The notes under the pieces: model-generated
What the model was told of the DNA's origin: nothing
Seen by the model: the letters and a program-made list of their open reading frames with translations, nothing else
The model's database searches: none
From: Pirellulales bacterium
Lineage (GTDB): Bacteria > Planctomycetota > Planctomycetia > Pirellulales > JAICIG01
Length of the DNA: 64,000 nt
Assembly (NCBI GenBank): GCA_035252155.1
Contig: DATFDL010000224.1
Span: forward strand, 2,984-66,983
Direction of reading: 5' to 3'
Position numbers and translations under genes: made by a program
In this document: in pieces, positions 9,561 to 17,986 of the stretch
How the letters are laid out: each line of letters starts with the position of its first letter
Numbering within the stretch: the first letter of the stretch is position 1

Positions 9561-10463
9561 ATGAGTATCTACGTCGAAACGCGAATCCAGGCTCCCATGG
9601 CAGACTTGTGGCAGAAGTCGCAAGACCCTCAATTGCACCAACGCTGGGACGCCCGGTTTTCCTCGATTACGTATCGCCCTCGCCTCCACGAGTCGCAGCC
9701 ACAGAAGTTTCATTACGCAACTAGACTCGGTCTCGGACTCACCATCGCTGGCGAAGGTGAGACGATCGGCCAGCGCGACGATCTCGACCGGTGCACATCT
9801 TCTCTACGGTTTTGGTCGGATGATCCGAAATCGCTGATCTGCGAAGGGGCCGGATATTGGCAGTATGTAGCGACAGACGCCGGCATCCGATTCATCACGG
9901 CGTATGACTACAAGACACGCTTCGGTTGGGTTGGCCAGGCCGTCGATCGGCTTGCGTTTCGGCCCTTTTTGGGGTGGGCAACCGCCTGGAGCTTCGACCG
10001 CTTGCGGTTATGGCTGGAGCGGGGAATCGATCCGGCCTTGTCGCTGCAGCGAACGCTGATCCATGCGATCTGCCGCGTCGCGCTCGCTTTTGTCTGGATT
10101 TATCACGGTCTGGTTCCCAAGCTGATCGCCAGAGATCCGGACGAGCTGCGGCTATTGGGCGAGACGGGCATCAGCGAGATGAGCTTGCCGGCGGCGCTGA
10201 CGGTCATCGGTATTGCGGAAATGTGCCTCGGTGTTTGCGTCCTGGTTTTTTTCCGCAGCCGCTGGCCGCTGGCGATCACAGCCGTCTTGATGCTCCTGGC
10301 CACCATTGCCATCGCCTTCAATTCGCCACGCTATTTGAGTGCCGCCTTCAATCCGGTCAGTCTCAACTTTCTGCTGACGTTGGTTTCGCTCATCGGGCTC
10401 GTGACGATGAACGACCTGCCGTCCGCCCTACGATGTCTTCGCCAGAAACCGAGGAACGAATAA
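9561..10463 (+). CDS. SRPBCC-domain / DoxX-like membrane fusion protein
   Basis: N-terminal polyketide-cyclase-like region (YVETRIQAPMADLWQKSQDP) followed by about four C-terminal TM helices typical of the DoxX-like family. Confidence 0.65.
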   Translation: MSIYVETRIQAPMADLWQKSQDPQLHQRWDARFSSITYRPRLHESQPQKFHYATRLGLGLTIAGEGETIGQRDDLDRCTSSLRFWSDDPKSLICEGAGYWQYVATDAGIRFITAYDYKTRFGWVGQAVDRLAFRPFLGWATAWSFDRLRLWLERGIDPALSLQRTLIHAICRVALAFVWIYHGLVPKLIARDPDELRLLGETGISEMSLPAALTVIGIAEMCLGVCVLVFFRSRWPLAITAVLMLLATIAIAFNSPRYLSAAFNPVSLNFLLTLVSLIGLVTMNDLPSALRCLRQKPRNE

Positions 10464-11140
10464 TGCCATCGATCTACCAGCGCGCTCTTGGCTCCGATTT
10501 TCAGAAGCTTCATCCAAAGATTCAGCAGCGCTTCGGATTTTCGAGCGACGACGGGGTGGCGTCGATCGGCTCAGGAATCATGGAAGAAATCTGGCGAGGC
10601 GGCTTCTACACCGTCCCCTTCTTGTACCTTGGCGCCGTGAGGCGGATTATGTTTCCCGAGCGGGGCCGCCACGTTCCATTCACCGTCGAAAACTATGCCT
10701 ATCGCGATCGCTTCGGTCGGGATACGGTCACTTGGATTCGGACCTTTGAAGGTCGCAAACGACGCCGCTTCGATGCCTACATGGTCTTTAGCGAATCCCG
10801 CGGCGGTGTGGTTGATTATCTAGGATCGCACCAGCATCTCGCCGTTGACCTTGACCTATCAGTCGACGAGCGGGGCGGACTCCGAATTCGCTCCAGCGCG
10901 CAACGGTTCTATGAAGGGCACGTCGCCTTCGACTTTCCAATGTCCTTGTCTGGAATTGCCGACGTTTGCGAGTGGTACGACGACGACCAGCAGGCATATC
11001 GTATCCAGGTCGAGGTCACCAACGGCAGGTGGGGGCGTCTCTTCGGGTACCGGGGCTGGTTTACGGCGAAGTGGCAGAAGGTGGATCCCTGCAAAATTCC
11101 GGATAAAGTTCGGCCGATGAGGGAGGAGCGTCGCGAATAG
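10463..11140 (+). CDS. DUF4166 domain-containing protein
   Basis: The ATG overlaps the upstream TAA (TAATG). MPSIYQRALGSDFQKLHPKIQQRF is a typical DUF4166 N-terminus. The track ORF start at 9926 is an overlap artefact. Confidence 0.7.
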   Translation: MPSIYQRALGSDFQKLHPKIQQRFGFSSDDGVASIGSGIMEEIWRGGFYTVPFLYLGAVRRIMFPERGRHVPFTVENYAYRDRFGRDTVTWIRTFEGRKRRRFDAYMVFSESRGGVVDYLGSHQHLAVDLDLSVDERGGLRIRSSAQRFYEGHVAFDFPMSLSGIADVCEWYDDDQQAYRIQVEVTNGRWGRLFGYRGWFTAKWQKVDPCKIPDKVRPMREERRE

Positions 11141-11273
11141 CACAAGCATCGACGCGATTACGGCTTGCCTTCGCTATCAGGACGACGGCTTGATCGCCAC
11201 GGTGGAAATCGAGCGAGCAAGCGACGACAAAAACGGGAATTGATCTGACTAGTAAATACTCGTCACCGCAGAC

Positions 11274-12299
11274 TCAGTAACAAACGTCGCAGACCACCAT
11301 GCGGTGATCGGAGTGCCGCGTTTTTGAACTGTACACGTCGGTGGCTCGCAATTGCGGCGAAAGCCAAATCTGGTCGATCCGCGAGAAGGGTGCAGTGTTG
11401 ATCGCGGTATTGCCCCAACCGCGGCCGGCTTCGCCGAACGCGTCGTGAAGGGACGATTGCAGCGAATCGAACACCGCGTCGCCGGGCGGAGCATTGAAAT
11501 CGCCGCCGATAATGATTGGCAATCCCGCGGAGGAATTGCCGAGTGCTGTGATGATTCGCTGCAACTGTTTGCGCCTCCGCTGGCGATTCGCGGTTTGCGC
11601 TCGCCAGCAGTCAGGTGACCACAGGTCGACGCGCACCACCGGCGCTTCCAGCCGTAAACTGATGACTTCGATTTCAGATCCCTGCCGGAGGCGTATTCGG
11701 GCATGAACAGCATTCGTCGTGATATCTTCCGGCACTGGTAGGCGGATGATTTTGCCATGCGCAATGATCGAGGCGTCGACGCCCGATAACACTTCGCCCT
11801 CATCGCCGAATAGATCGCGGGCGAATGATACGAGCGGTTCGCGACCCGGCGATTCCTGCACGAGCACGATATCTGGGCGCAGGGCGGCCAGTTCGCACAA
11901 TGCCTCGCTGCTCCCCGCGCAGTTGAGTGAAACGAGCCTGATGCCCTCGCCGCGCTCGTCGGCTGAAAACCTCAGCAGGCTTCGCGGATGGTCCGAGAAA
12001 ACGAGAAGCAACACGCACCAGGCCAGTATCCCACCAATTAACCAACGCCTGGTAAATTGCCTTCGTGCCGCGGCAACAAGTATGAGGCCAGCCAGCACCC
12101 AAACCCACACTGGGAAGACGGTAACCGCGGCCCACGCATCGAGCCTCCAGGCATAGCAGATTGCGATCGCCAAGCACAATAGTAGCGAACAGCCATAGGC
12201 GGTTCGGCTTAAATGCTTCTTAAATGCGAGCGCCCGCGATGATGTCCGCTTCAAGGATGCATCGCGCACTTCCATGGACCCTCGCGACCCTAGTTCCAT
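11274..12299 (-). CDS. endonuclease/exonuclease/phosphatase (EEP) family protein with N-terminal TM helices
   Basis: LVSLNCAG..., IVLVQES, GGDFNAPPGD and SDHRMVVCDV motifs. Start choice is uncertain among 12374, 12299 and 12275. Confidence 0.75.
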   Translation of the reverse strand: MELGSRGSMEVRDASLKRTSSRALAFKKHLSRTAYGCSLLLCLAIAICYAWRLDAWAAVTVFPVWVWVLAGLILVAAARRQFTRRWLIGGILAWCVLLLVFSDHPRSLLRFSADERGEGIRLVSLNCAGSSEALCELAALRPDIVLVQESPGREPLVSFARDLFGDEGEVLSGVDASIIAHGKIIRLPVPEDITTNAVHARIRLRQGSEIEVISLRLEAPVVRVDLWSPDCWRAQTANRQRRRKQLQRIITALGNSSAGLPIIIGGDFNAPPGDAVFDSLQSSLHDAFGEAGRGWGNTAINTAPFSRIDQIWLSPQLRATDVYSSKTRHSDHRMVVCDVCY

Positions 12300-12307
12300 A
12301 GTGCGGC

Positions 12308-12625
12308 TTACAGATGGACGGCGATCCAACGTTCCTGTTCGCCGGGCACCGGCTTCGCAGAGGATTCGGCCCACGGGATCGACTGGCCGGCGGCGCGGTA
12401 TCGCGAGACGGCAGTTTTGAACGCCGCAACCAGCGCAGCCAGCGCCTCACGTTGGCTTTTGCCGCGGGCAACCACTTCGGGCAGGTTGCACGAGCGCGCC
12501 GAAATCCATCCCTCGGCGTCCGGAGGCGAGAGAAACGCATGGCAATTGTAAACCGGCACGCTCGCGGCCGAATTGCCGTCTTCGCTGGCGGCGTGAGGGG
12601 CCGATTCGTTCAATTCGTTATTCAT
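12308..12625 (-). CDS. HicB-like (UPF0150-fold) small protein, orphan
   Basis: An internal ATG at 12625 gives 105 aa. ...GWISARSCNLPEVVARGKSQREALAALVAAFKTAVSRYRAAGQSIPW matches the HicB antitoxin pattern. No HicA gene is adjacent. Confidence 0.4.
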   Translation of the reverse strand: MNNELNESAPHAASEDGNSAASVPVYNCHAFLSPPDAEGWISARSCNLPEVVARGKSQREALAALVAAFKTAVSRYRAAGQSIPWAESSAKPVPGEQERWIAVHL

Positions 12626-12734
12626 TTCACTGGGCGGGAGCGGGTTTTCACGCAGTCTGGCGCCTTCTCCACGGTTTGTCACGTCCGAATGCCGCGACCC
12701 TCCGCTGCCGCGGACCGTCTGCGTAAATCTTTTT

Positions 12735-14786
12735 CTAAACCGAAGGCGGTACGTCCAGAACTGGGTTACGATCGAAGAATCCATCCGGCTTGAGCGAGAA
12801 GCCCAGGGATGCCACCGGCATGACCGGCCAATCTTCGATGCGCGGCACGTGCGTGTGGCCGAAGACGTACCAAACCACCAGCGGCGTATTTTCGATGGAA
12901 CGATCGGCGGCGGTCCAAATCGGCAGACCGTCGCCCGTGGGGTGCTGGTTGGGAAAATCGCCCGCGGCGAAGCGCTGGTTGGCATCGTAGGGCGTAACCC
13001 AGAGCTGGTGATTGATGAAGCCTGCCCGCTTCACCACGGCTGCGTCGGGCTGCACGAGCGGCGGAGAATTTTCGCCCGGAACAAGTCGATAGGCTGCCGG
13101 TCTGCCCAGGTAGTTCTTGCGCTGCGGATTCAGAATCCGCCAGAAGCGCGACGAGGCGCTGTTGACCGAGCGCCGCGCGGCCAGTTCGCTCGCAAGCCGC
13201 GTCGCTTCGGCTCGGAAGGCGTTGCCGTGCGGATTCTCGGGGCCGCGGGGCACCGAGACCGTGTTGACTTCCTCCACCGAGTTGGCGTCGCCATCGACCG
13301 CCACGTCAAGCCGGGCGGCAAAAATGTGCTGGTGGAACGGCGCATTTAAGCGCGGGGCGACTTCGCTGCCAAACCGCGATTGTTCCCCAGGTTTGAGCGC
13401 CGTGGTGTTGACGATGCCCGTCAGCTTCACCTCGCACTGAATCGTCCCGTCCAGATAAAAGTGCCAATAGAACCCGTAGTCGTAGTTGCCGACGGTGGCG
13501 ATGAACGACACCACCAGCCGCCGGTTGCGGCGCGTTTCGGTTTGGCCGGTGCGCCAATCGGTGTGCTTCCAGAGCAGGCCGGCGTCTTCCTCATGTAGGC
13601 AGACGGCGTTCTTGAGGGTGACCGGCCGGCCGCGGCTGTCGCAAACGTGGACATCAAAGTACCGTACCGTTCCCAAGCAATCGCAGCCCAGGACCAGCGA
13701 GTTGGCCATTGTGCCGATGCCAAATTCGCCGATGTCGAAAGCGTTCTTGCGATAGCTGCTTTCATCAGGATCGCCATAAGGCACTACCATCTCGCCGATG
13801 CTCGCGCGGTAAAGAACCGGCCGTTCGCGGCCCTGGTCTTCATAACGAATCGTGTACAGCACGAGTCCTTCGCGAGGCGTGAAGCCGATGCGGAATTTCC
13901 ACCTCTGCCAGCTCACTTCCTGGCCGTCGACGGTGAAGCTTGGTCCGTCGGGCTGCGATACTTCGAGTGGCTTCAGGCCGCCCCGCATCTCGGGAAGATA
14001 ATCGCGCGACCAGTTGCCGCTGGCTGGCGGCAGCGGCACGGTGCCAAAATCTTCGATCCGCAGCACTTTCATCTTGTGCAGGTCGACGACGGCCACGATT
14101 CCTTCCAGCGGCCGGGCGTAGCCATTATCGCCCGGCTCGCTGCGGAGCCAGCAGAGTGCCCGCGACAACCGTCTGCCCTGGTCTTCCGGCAATTCCGTCC
14201 CATACATGCCCGCCGACCAGGCGTCGACCATCACCAGATCGACATCGCCCACGCCGCGCTTAGCCAGCGCCGCGCGAAACTCGGGCGAGCTTTTGACAGC
14301 AGCCTCGCAGTCGGCGAATTCCTCGAGCACAATGGGCGGTTGCAAGCCCGCGGCCAGCGGTTCGAACTTCGTAACCTGAGTGGTGGTCAAATCGACTTGG
14401 GCCTCGAACGCCTGTCCTTTCGCGGTGTCCATCACCAGCACGGCTGCCATCCGCGCAAGACCAGCTTGCGGCAGCGAGGCCACGGCGTTCAGGCGGCTCG
14501 GCTCGGCCAAAGTGACACTGACGAACCGCCAGGATTCGCTGAGTGATTTTTGCTGGCGGAGGGCGGCCACAGCCCGTTCGATCTCTCCGGCGGTGAGGGG
14601 ATCGAGCGGATGAGCGGCGAGTGTGGCAATCTGGTGATCGTCGGAATGCCGCTCCGTTGCTTGAGCGGCTTCGACGCACAGCCACCGTCCGGCTGCCACG
14701 AGGCCCGTCGCCGCGGCCGACGCGCCAAGAAAGGTCCTTCGTGAAGCTAAACTACCAGCCGGGACATGTTCAGGGGTGTCTGCCAT
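12735..14786 (-). CDS. copper-containing primary-amine oxidase (TPQ cofactor)
   Basis: TVGNYDYGFYWHFYLDG contains the N-Y-(D/E)-Y TPQ consensus. The Tat-type signal MADTPEHVPAGSLASRRTFLGASAAA starts at the ATG at 14786, and the track's longer N-terminus looks non-coding. Confidence 0.9.
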   Translation of the reverse strand: MADTPEHVPAGSLASRRTFLGASAAATGLVAAGRWLCVEAAQATERHSDDHQIATLAAHPLDPLTAGEIERAVAALRQQKSLSESWRFVSVTLAEPSRLNAVASLPQAGLARMAAVLVMDTAKGQAFEAQVDLTTTQVTKFEPLAAGLQPPIVLEEFADCEAAVKSSPEFRAALAKRGVGDVDLVMVDAWSAGMYGTELPEDQGRRLSRALCWLRSEPGDNGYARPLEGIVAVVDLHKMKVLRIEDFGTVPLPPASGNWSRDYLPEMRGGLKPLEVSQPDGPSFTVDGQEVSWQRWKFRIGFTPREGLVLYTIRYEDQGRERPVLYRASIGEMVVPYGDPDESSYRKNAFDIGEFGIGTMANSLVLGCDCLGTVRYFDVHVCDSRGRPVTLKNAVCLHEEDAGLLWKHTDWRTGQTETRRNRRLVVSFIATVGNYDYGFYWHFYLDGTIQCEVKLTGIVNTTALKPGEQSRFGSEVAPRLNAPFHQHIFAARLDVAVDGDANSVEEVNTVSVPRGPENPHGNAFRAEATRLASELAARRSVNSASSRFWRILNPQRKNYLGRPAAYRLVPGENSPPLVQPDAAVVKRAGFINHQLWVTPYDANQRFAAGDFPNQHPTGDGLPIWTAADRSIENTPLVVWYVFGHTHVPRIEDWPVMPVASLGFSLKPDGFFDRNPVLDVPPSV

Positions 14787-14935
14787 AGGAGCGGTCCTTG
14801 AAAACCTGCCATGAGGGGCAAACTTATCCAGCGGGCTGCCGGCGCCAAATAGATTCAATTCTCCGTCAGCAAGCCGCAATACTGTATTACAGGATCTAAG
14901 AACCACCAACCCCCCGCGTCTGGTAGAATGAGTGG

Positions 14936-15820
14936 ATGAAACGAAATCCTCCTCGGACGCACCTGAGCATTCTCCCCGCACTTTGCTGCCTTGCCATCTA
15001 CAGCCATTGCGCCTTCCTGGCGGAAGCGGCTCCTTCGGGCGCGGCGCCACAGAGCATCATGGCGGAGCGGCCTGAAGACCAGGCCAATGACGAAGTCGGC
15101 CGCATCACGTTGAAACGGCCGGGTGAGCGGGACTTCATTGTCGATCTGGCCGACCTCGTCTCTTCGTCCGATGAGCAGCGCATCCGAGACATTGCCACCA
15201 AGCTGCTCAACCACAAGGCGACGCCCATCATCGTCGTGACGATCGAGTCGATGGCCAAGTACGGCGGTGCCGGCATGCGTATCGAGACGTTTGCCCACCT
15301 ATTGTTCGATCAGTGGGCGATTGGCCAGGCCAAGGTCAAGGGCCAGCTTTGGAACACGGGCATTCTGCTGTTGGTGTCGCGAGACGATCGCAAGGCTCGG
15401 ATCGAACTCGGTGCCGGCTGGAAGCATGAGCAAGATTCGCTCGCTCAGCAAATCATGGACGAGCAGATTGTTCCGCGGTTCCGCCAGGGCGATTTTTCGG
15501 GCGGCATCGTGGCCGGGGTTGAGGCACTCGACAAGATGGCCCGCGGGCTTGAGCTGCCGCGGCCTCCGACTCCGTGGTGGCTGCCGGTGCTGATGGCCGT
15601 CGCGATCGGGTTGATGATTTTCACCATCGTGTCGCTCATCCGGCGCGGGGCCAGCGGTTGGGCTTGGCTGTTCTGGGGCGCTGTCTTTTCGCTCATCGGA
15701 TACCTGCTTTACTCGTTCTTAAGAAGCTCCATGAGTTCGGGCGGGGGTGGGGGCGGGTTCTCGGGCGGCTCGTTTGGCGGCGGCTATTCCGGCGGCGGTG
15801 GCGCAACCGGCTCATGGTAG
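14936..15820 (+). CDS. TPM domain-containing protein (YgcG-like)
   Basis: Signal peptide, TPM-phosphatase-like core (IIVVTIESM..., ILLLVSRDDRKARIELGAGW), a TM helix and a Gly-rich tail GGGGGGFSGGSFGGGYSGGGG. Confidence 0.8.
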   Translation: MKRNPPRTHLSILPALCCLAIYSHCAFLAEAAPSGAAPQSIMAERPEDQANDEVGRITLKRPGERDFIVDLADLVSSSDEQRIRDIATKLLNHKATPIIVVTIESMAKYGGAGMRIETFAHLLFDQWAIGQAKVKGQLWNTGILLLVSRDDRKARIELGAGWKHEQDSLAQQIMDEQIVPRFRQGDFSGGIVAGVEALDKMARGLELPRPPTPWWLPVLMAVAIGLMIFTIVSLIRRGASGWAWLFWGAVFSLIGYLLYSFLRSSMSSGGGGGGFSGGSFGGGYSGGGGATGSW

Positions 15821-15831
15821 CGAGGTAAAAC

Positions 15832-16515
15832 ATGGCAAGCGCCAACAAGAAGCTCACGGCCGACGACAAGAAGCGGATCAATGACGCCGTGGCCTCGGCG
15901 GAAGCGAAAACTTCTGCGGAGATAGTGCCCGTCATCGCGACGGTTTCCGGTCGCTACGATCGCCCGGAAGACATCGTGGGGCTCTGGATGGCGCTGTTGG
16001 CACTAGCCGTCACCTGGTGCGTTTTGCCCGAACATGCGAGATCGGGAGACTGGGGAGCGATGCCGGCTTGGGCGCACCTGCTTCTGTTGGCCGTCAGCGT
16101 CGTCGTCGGCTTCGTCATCGGGGCGTTGGTCGGCGCTCACGTTAATCCGCTTCGGCACCTTTTCACCCCTTCGCAGCAGATGCGCGATGAGGTTCTGCTG
16201 CGATCGCGGCAGGTGTTCTTTGACAGCCGCGTGCATCACACCGCCGGCCGGACGGGCATCTTGATCTATGTCTCGTTGTTCGAGCGGATGGCCGCCGTTC
16301 TCGCGGACGACGCCGTAATCGAGAAGCTGGGGCAGGCTGCCTTGGACGAGATGCGTGACCATCTTGCCGCCTCGTTAAGCAGCCAGTCACTCGCCGACGC
16401 AGTCTGCGGCACGATCGCCGCCGCGGCCCCTAAGCTGGCGGCGGCGCTGCCCAGGGCCGAGGGTGACGTCAACGAGTTGCCCGATGCCCTCATCGTTCTT
16501 GATCGGCCCGTTTAG
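15832..16515 (+). CDS. TPM domain-containing membrane protein
   Basis: DDKKRINDAVASAEAKTSAEIVPVI... is the TPM N-terminal pattern. The gene is paired with the preceding TPM gene. Confidence 0.7.
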   Translation: MASANKKLTADDKKRINDAVASAEAKTSAEIVPVIATVSGRYDRPEDIVGLWMALLALAVTWCVLPEHARSGDWGAMPAWAHLLLLAVSVVVGFVIGALVGAHVNPLRHLFTPSQQMRDEVLLRSRQVFFDSRVHHTAGRTGILIYVSLFERMAAVLADDAVIEKLGQAALDEMRDHLAASLSSQSLADAVCGTIAAAAPKLAAALPRAEGDVNELPDALIVLDRPV

Positions 16516-16619
16516 CCGTGGGATCGTCGCATGAAGGACTTCTCTATATGAACGCCGCGTCCGGCAGCTCAACGAAAAAATTCTTGTGAACCTCGCGAAA
16601 CTTCCGGCGTCTAACAGGG

Positions 16620-16625
16620 TATAAT
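16620..16625 (+). promoter_or_regulatory. perfect TATAAT hexamer (candidate -10 box)
   Basis: GGGTATAATG lies in a 375-nt gene-free stretch. I found no convincing -35 element. Confidence 0.25.
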
Positions 16626-16631
16626 GTATCA

Positions 16632-16669
16632 GGCACGACCACTCACGCGATCAGGTCGTGCCGGTTTTA
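16632..16669 (+). terminator. hairpin plus short U-run (terminator or attenuator-like)
   Basis: GGCACGACC / GGTCGTGCC forms a 9-bp stem followed by GGTTTT. Confidence 0.4.
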
Positions 16670-16838
16670 ACGACTGCCCCCGGCGGGCCAGCGAGACTTT
16701 CCCATGATGTCCATACGGCCCAGCATCACCAACGAACGCAAAGGGACGGGCTTATTTGCCGGTCAACCGGCGAATTCGCTCCCCGCGCATCCGTTGCGCT
16801 TGTGACGCTCGGCCATCAAGCAAGCAAGGCTCTTCAAA

Positions 16839-16870
16839 GGCCCGGTGTCACGAGACACCGGGCCTTTTTT
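16839..16870 (+). terminator. rho-independent terminator
   Basis: GGCCCGGTGTC-ACGA-GACACCGGGCC forms a perfect 11-bp stem followed by TTTTTT. It sits 21 nt before the first tRNA. Confidence 0.85.
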
Positions 16871-16891
16871 CGTTGGCAACCAGAAACACAC

Positions 16892-16964
16892 GGCTCGTTC
16901 GTCTAGCGGCTCAGGATGCCGGCCCTTCAAGCCGGAGGCCGGGGTTCGACTCCCCGACGAGCTA
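16892..16964 (+). tRNA. tRNA-Glu(TTC)-like
   Basis: Acceptor GGCTCGT/ACGAGCT (G1-U72), Glu-type D arm GTCTAGCGGCTCAGGA, anticodon stem CCGGC/GCCGG with loop CCTTCAA (C rather than U at 33), T arm CGGGG-TTCGACT-CCCCG. Confidence 0.7.
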
Positions 16965-16973
16965 CTTGAAAAG

Positions 16974-17046
16974 CAGAACGTAGGAGAGCGGCCACTCCGC
17001 CTGGTCGGGGGCCAGGAGACCGCCGGTTCGAGTCCGGCCGTTCTGA
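16974..17046 (+). tRNA. tRNA-Pro(GGG)-like
   Basis: C1-G72 and A73, D stem GGAG/CTCC, anticodon stem CCTGG/CCAGG with loop TCGGGGG (C at 33), T arm GCCGG-TTCGAGT-CCGGC. Confidence 0.7.
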
Positions 17047-17065
17047 CAGACTGAACGAAGAATCA

Positions 17066-17137
17066 CGGGATGTAGGGTAGCGGTGGCCCGCGTGCCTTGG
17101 GAGCACGAGCAAGTGGGTTCAACTCCCACCGTCCCGA
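17066..17137 (+). tRNA. tRNA-Pro(TGG)
   Basis: Canonical cloverleaf: CGGGATG/CGTCCCG, anticodon stem CGTGC/GCACG with loop CTTGGGA, T arm GTGGG-TTCAACT-CCCAC, A73. Confidence 0.9.
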
Positions 17138-17148
17138 CTCGTAATCAT

Positions 17149-17237
17149 AGTCCGGTGTTGTAACGGAAGCATGGCGATCTGATACGTCGCCGGCGACCAC
17201 GCTGCGCGCGGTGCCCGTTCGACTCCACCCCGGACTA
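17149..17237 (+). tRNA. tRNA-Ile(GAT)-like carrying a 21-nt hairpin insert
   Basis: Acceptor AGTCCGG/CCGGACT, anticodon arm GCGAT-CTGATAC-GTCGC, A73. The T stem GGCG..G/CCACC closes only if 17196-17216 (ACCACGCTGCGCGCGGTGCCC) is looped out. Confidence 0.5.
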
Positions 17238-17309
17238 CTTCGCCAAAACAAGGAGAACCACAATGCGGCAGCGACAGCGGCTCAAACGCATACGCCAGAC
17301 CGACAACAT

Positions 17310-17380
17310 GGGGTCGTGGCGTAACGGTAGCGCATCCGCCTTTTAAGCGGAAGGGTGAGGGTTCGACTCCGGCTGGGTGC
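17310..17380 (+). tRNA. tRNA-Lys(TTT)-like, probably defective
   Basis: The 5' two-thirds fold well (GGGGTCG, D stem GCG/CGC, anticodon arm TCCGC-CTTTTAA-GCGGA) and a GGTTCGACTCC T-loop is present. I could not find a 3' strand that closes the T stem or acceptor stem. Confidence 0.35.
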
Positions 17381-17388
17381 TTATAGAG

Positions 17389-17484
17389 CGGCGTGTGGGA
17401 AAGCCTGGAATTCCGCGTGCTTCGGGAGCACGAAACCGACCAACGCTGCGCGTCGGTGCCCGGGTTCAAATCCGGCCACGCCGA
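17389..17484 (+). tRNA. tRNA-Pro(CGG)-like carrying a 23-25 nt hairpin insert
   Basis: Acceptor CGGCGTG/CACGCCG (C1-G72, A73), D stem GGAA/TTCC, anticodon arm CGTGC-TTCGGGA-GCACG (same stem as the TGG isoacceptor). Insert at 17439-17461 lies just 5' of GGTTCAAATCC. Confidence 0.5.
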
Positions 17485-17490
17485 CTCGAT

Positions 17491-17565
17491 TGCGGTGGGA
17501 CCCGTGCTGGTACGGGTAGGCGGCTGTTAACCGCCCTGACGCAGGTTCGATTCCTGGCGCCGCAG
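17491..17565 (+). tRNA. tRNA-Asn(GTT)
   Basis: U1-A72 and G73, D stem ACCC/GGGT, anticodon arm GGCGG-CTGTTAA-CCGCC, T arm GCAGG-TTCGATT-CCTGG. Confidence 0.85.
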
Positions 17566-17579
17566 CTCACGATGAAAAC

Positions 17580-17664
17580 GGAACGGCAAGCCAACGGGCG
17601 ATGGCAGCCGCCTCGAAAGCGGTCGAGCAGCAATGCCTTGGGAGTTCGACTCTCCCTCCTTCCG
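17580..17664 (+). tRNA. tRNA-Ser(CGA), class II
   Basis: Acceptor GGAACGG/TCCTTCC (one C-C mismatch), anticodon arm GCCGC-CTCGAAA-GCGGT, long variable arm, T arm GGGAG-TTCGACT-CTCCC, G73. Confidence 0.8.
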
Positions 17665-17671
17665 CCTTCAC

Positions 17672-17763
17672 GTGCCCTTGGCCGAGCGGCAAAGGCTCCA
17701 GCCTTCCAAGCTGGCGCGACCAACGCTGCGCGTCGGTGCCCGGTTCGACTCTCGCAGGGCACT
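17672..17763 (+). tRNA. tRNA-Gly(TCC)-like carrying a 23-nt hairpin insert
   Basis: Acceptor GTGCCCT/AGGGCAC, U73, anticodon arm CCAGC-CTTCCAA-GCTGG. The T stem GCG..GG/CTCGC closes only if 17719-17741 is looped out. Confidence 0.5.
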
Positions 17764-17773
17764 CTTTCAATGA

Positions 17774-17844
17774 TCGGGGATCGGCTAACGGTAGGCTCCC
17801 TGGCTTTGAACCAGGAGATGGAGGTTCAAGTCCTTCTCCCCGAA
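17774..17844 (+). tRNA. tRNA-Gln(TTG)
   Basis: Acceptor TCGGGGA/TCCCCGA (U1-A72), anticodon arm CCTGG-CTTTGAA-CCAGG, T arm GGAGG-TTCAAGT-CCTTC. Confidence 0.8.
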
Positions 17845-17880
17845 CTTCGGTCGCGATGGCCGTGTCCCAAGAATACATGA

Positions 17881-17974
17881 TCCGGGGCAGTTGCTGCTGG
17901 TAGTAACGCCTGGCTCCGGGCACCGTGCGCAGCATGGTCGCAGGAAGCCATTGGTTCGATTCCAACCCCCGGAA
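17881..17974 (+). tRNA. tRNA-Arg(CCG)-like carrying the hairpin insert in inverted orientation
   Basis: Acceptor TCCGGGG/CCCCGGA, D stem GTTG/TAAC, T arm ATTGG-TTCGATT-CCAAC. The anticodon stem 5' strand CCTGG and loop CTCCGGG are followed by a ~19-nt hairpin (the 17918-17938 element) before the 3' strand GCAGG. Confidence 0.45.
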
Positions 17975-17986
17975 CTTTAGACATAC

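Noticed and set aside
12308-12985. The 225-aa ORF read as a single gene overlapping the amine oxidase 3' end.
   Set aside because: Only the last 105 aa (from the ATG at 12625) look protein-like. The upstream part overlaps the amine oxidase coding region in another frame.
16892-16964. The first array tRNA has TCA inside its anticodon loop (CCTTCAA), so I considered tRNA-Sec to go with the UGA/SECIS candidate.
   Set aside because: With the only 5-bp stem that forms (CCGGC/GCCGG), positions 34-36 are TTC. There is no 8-bp acceptor stem, no long variable arm and no 6-bp D stem, and the body is Glu-like.
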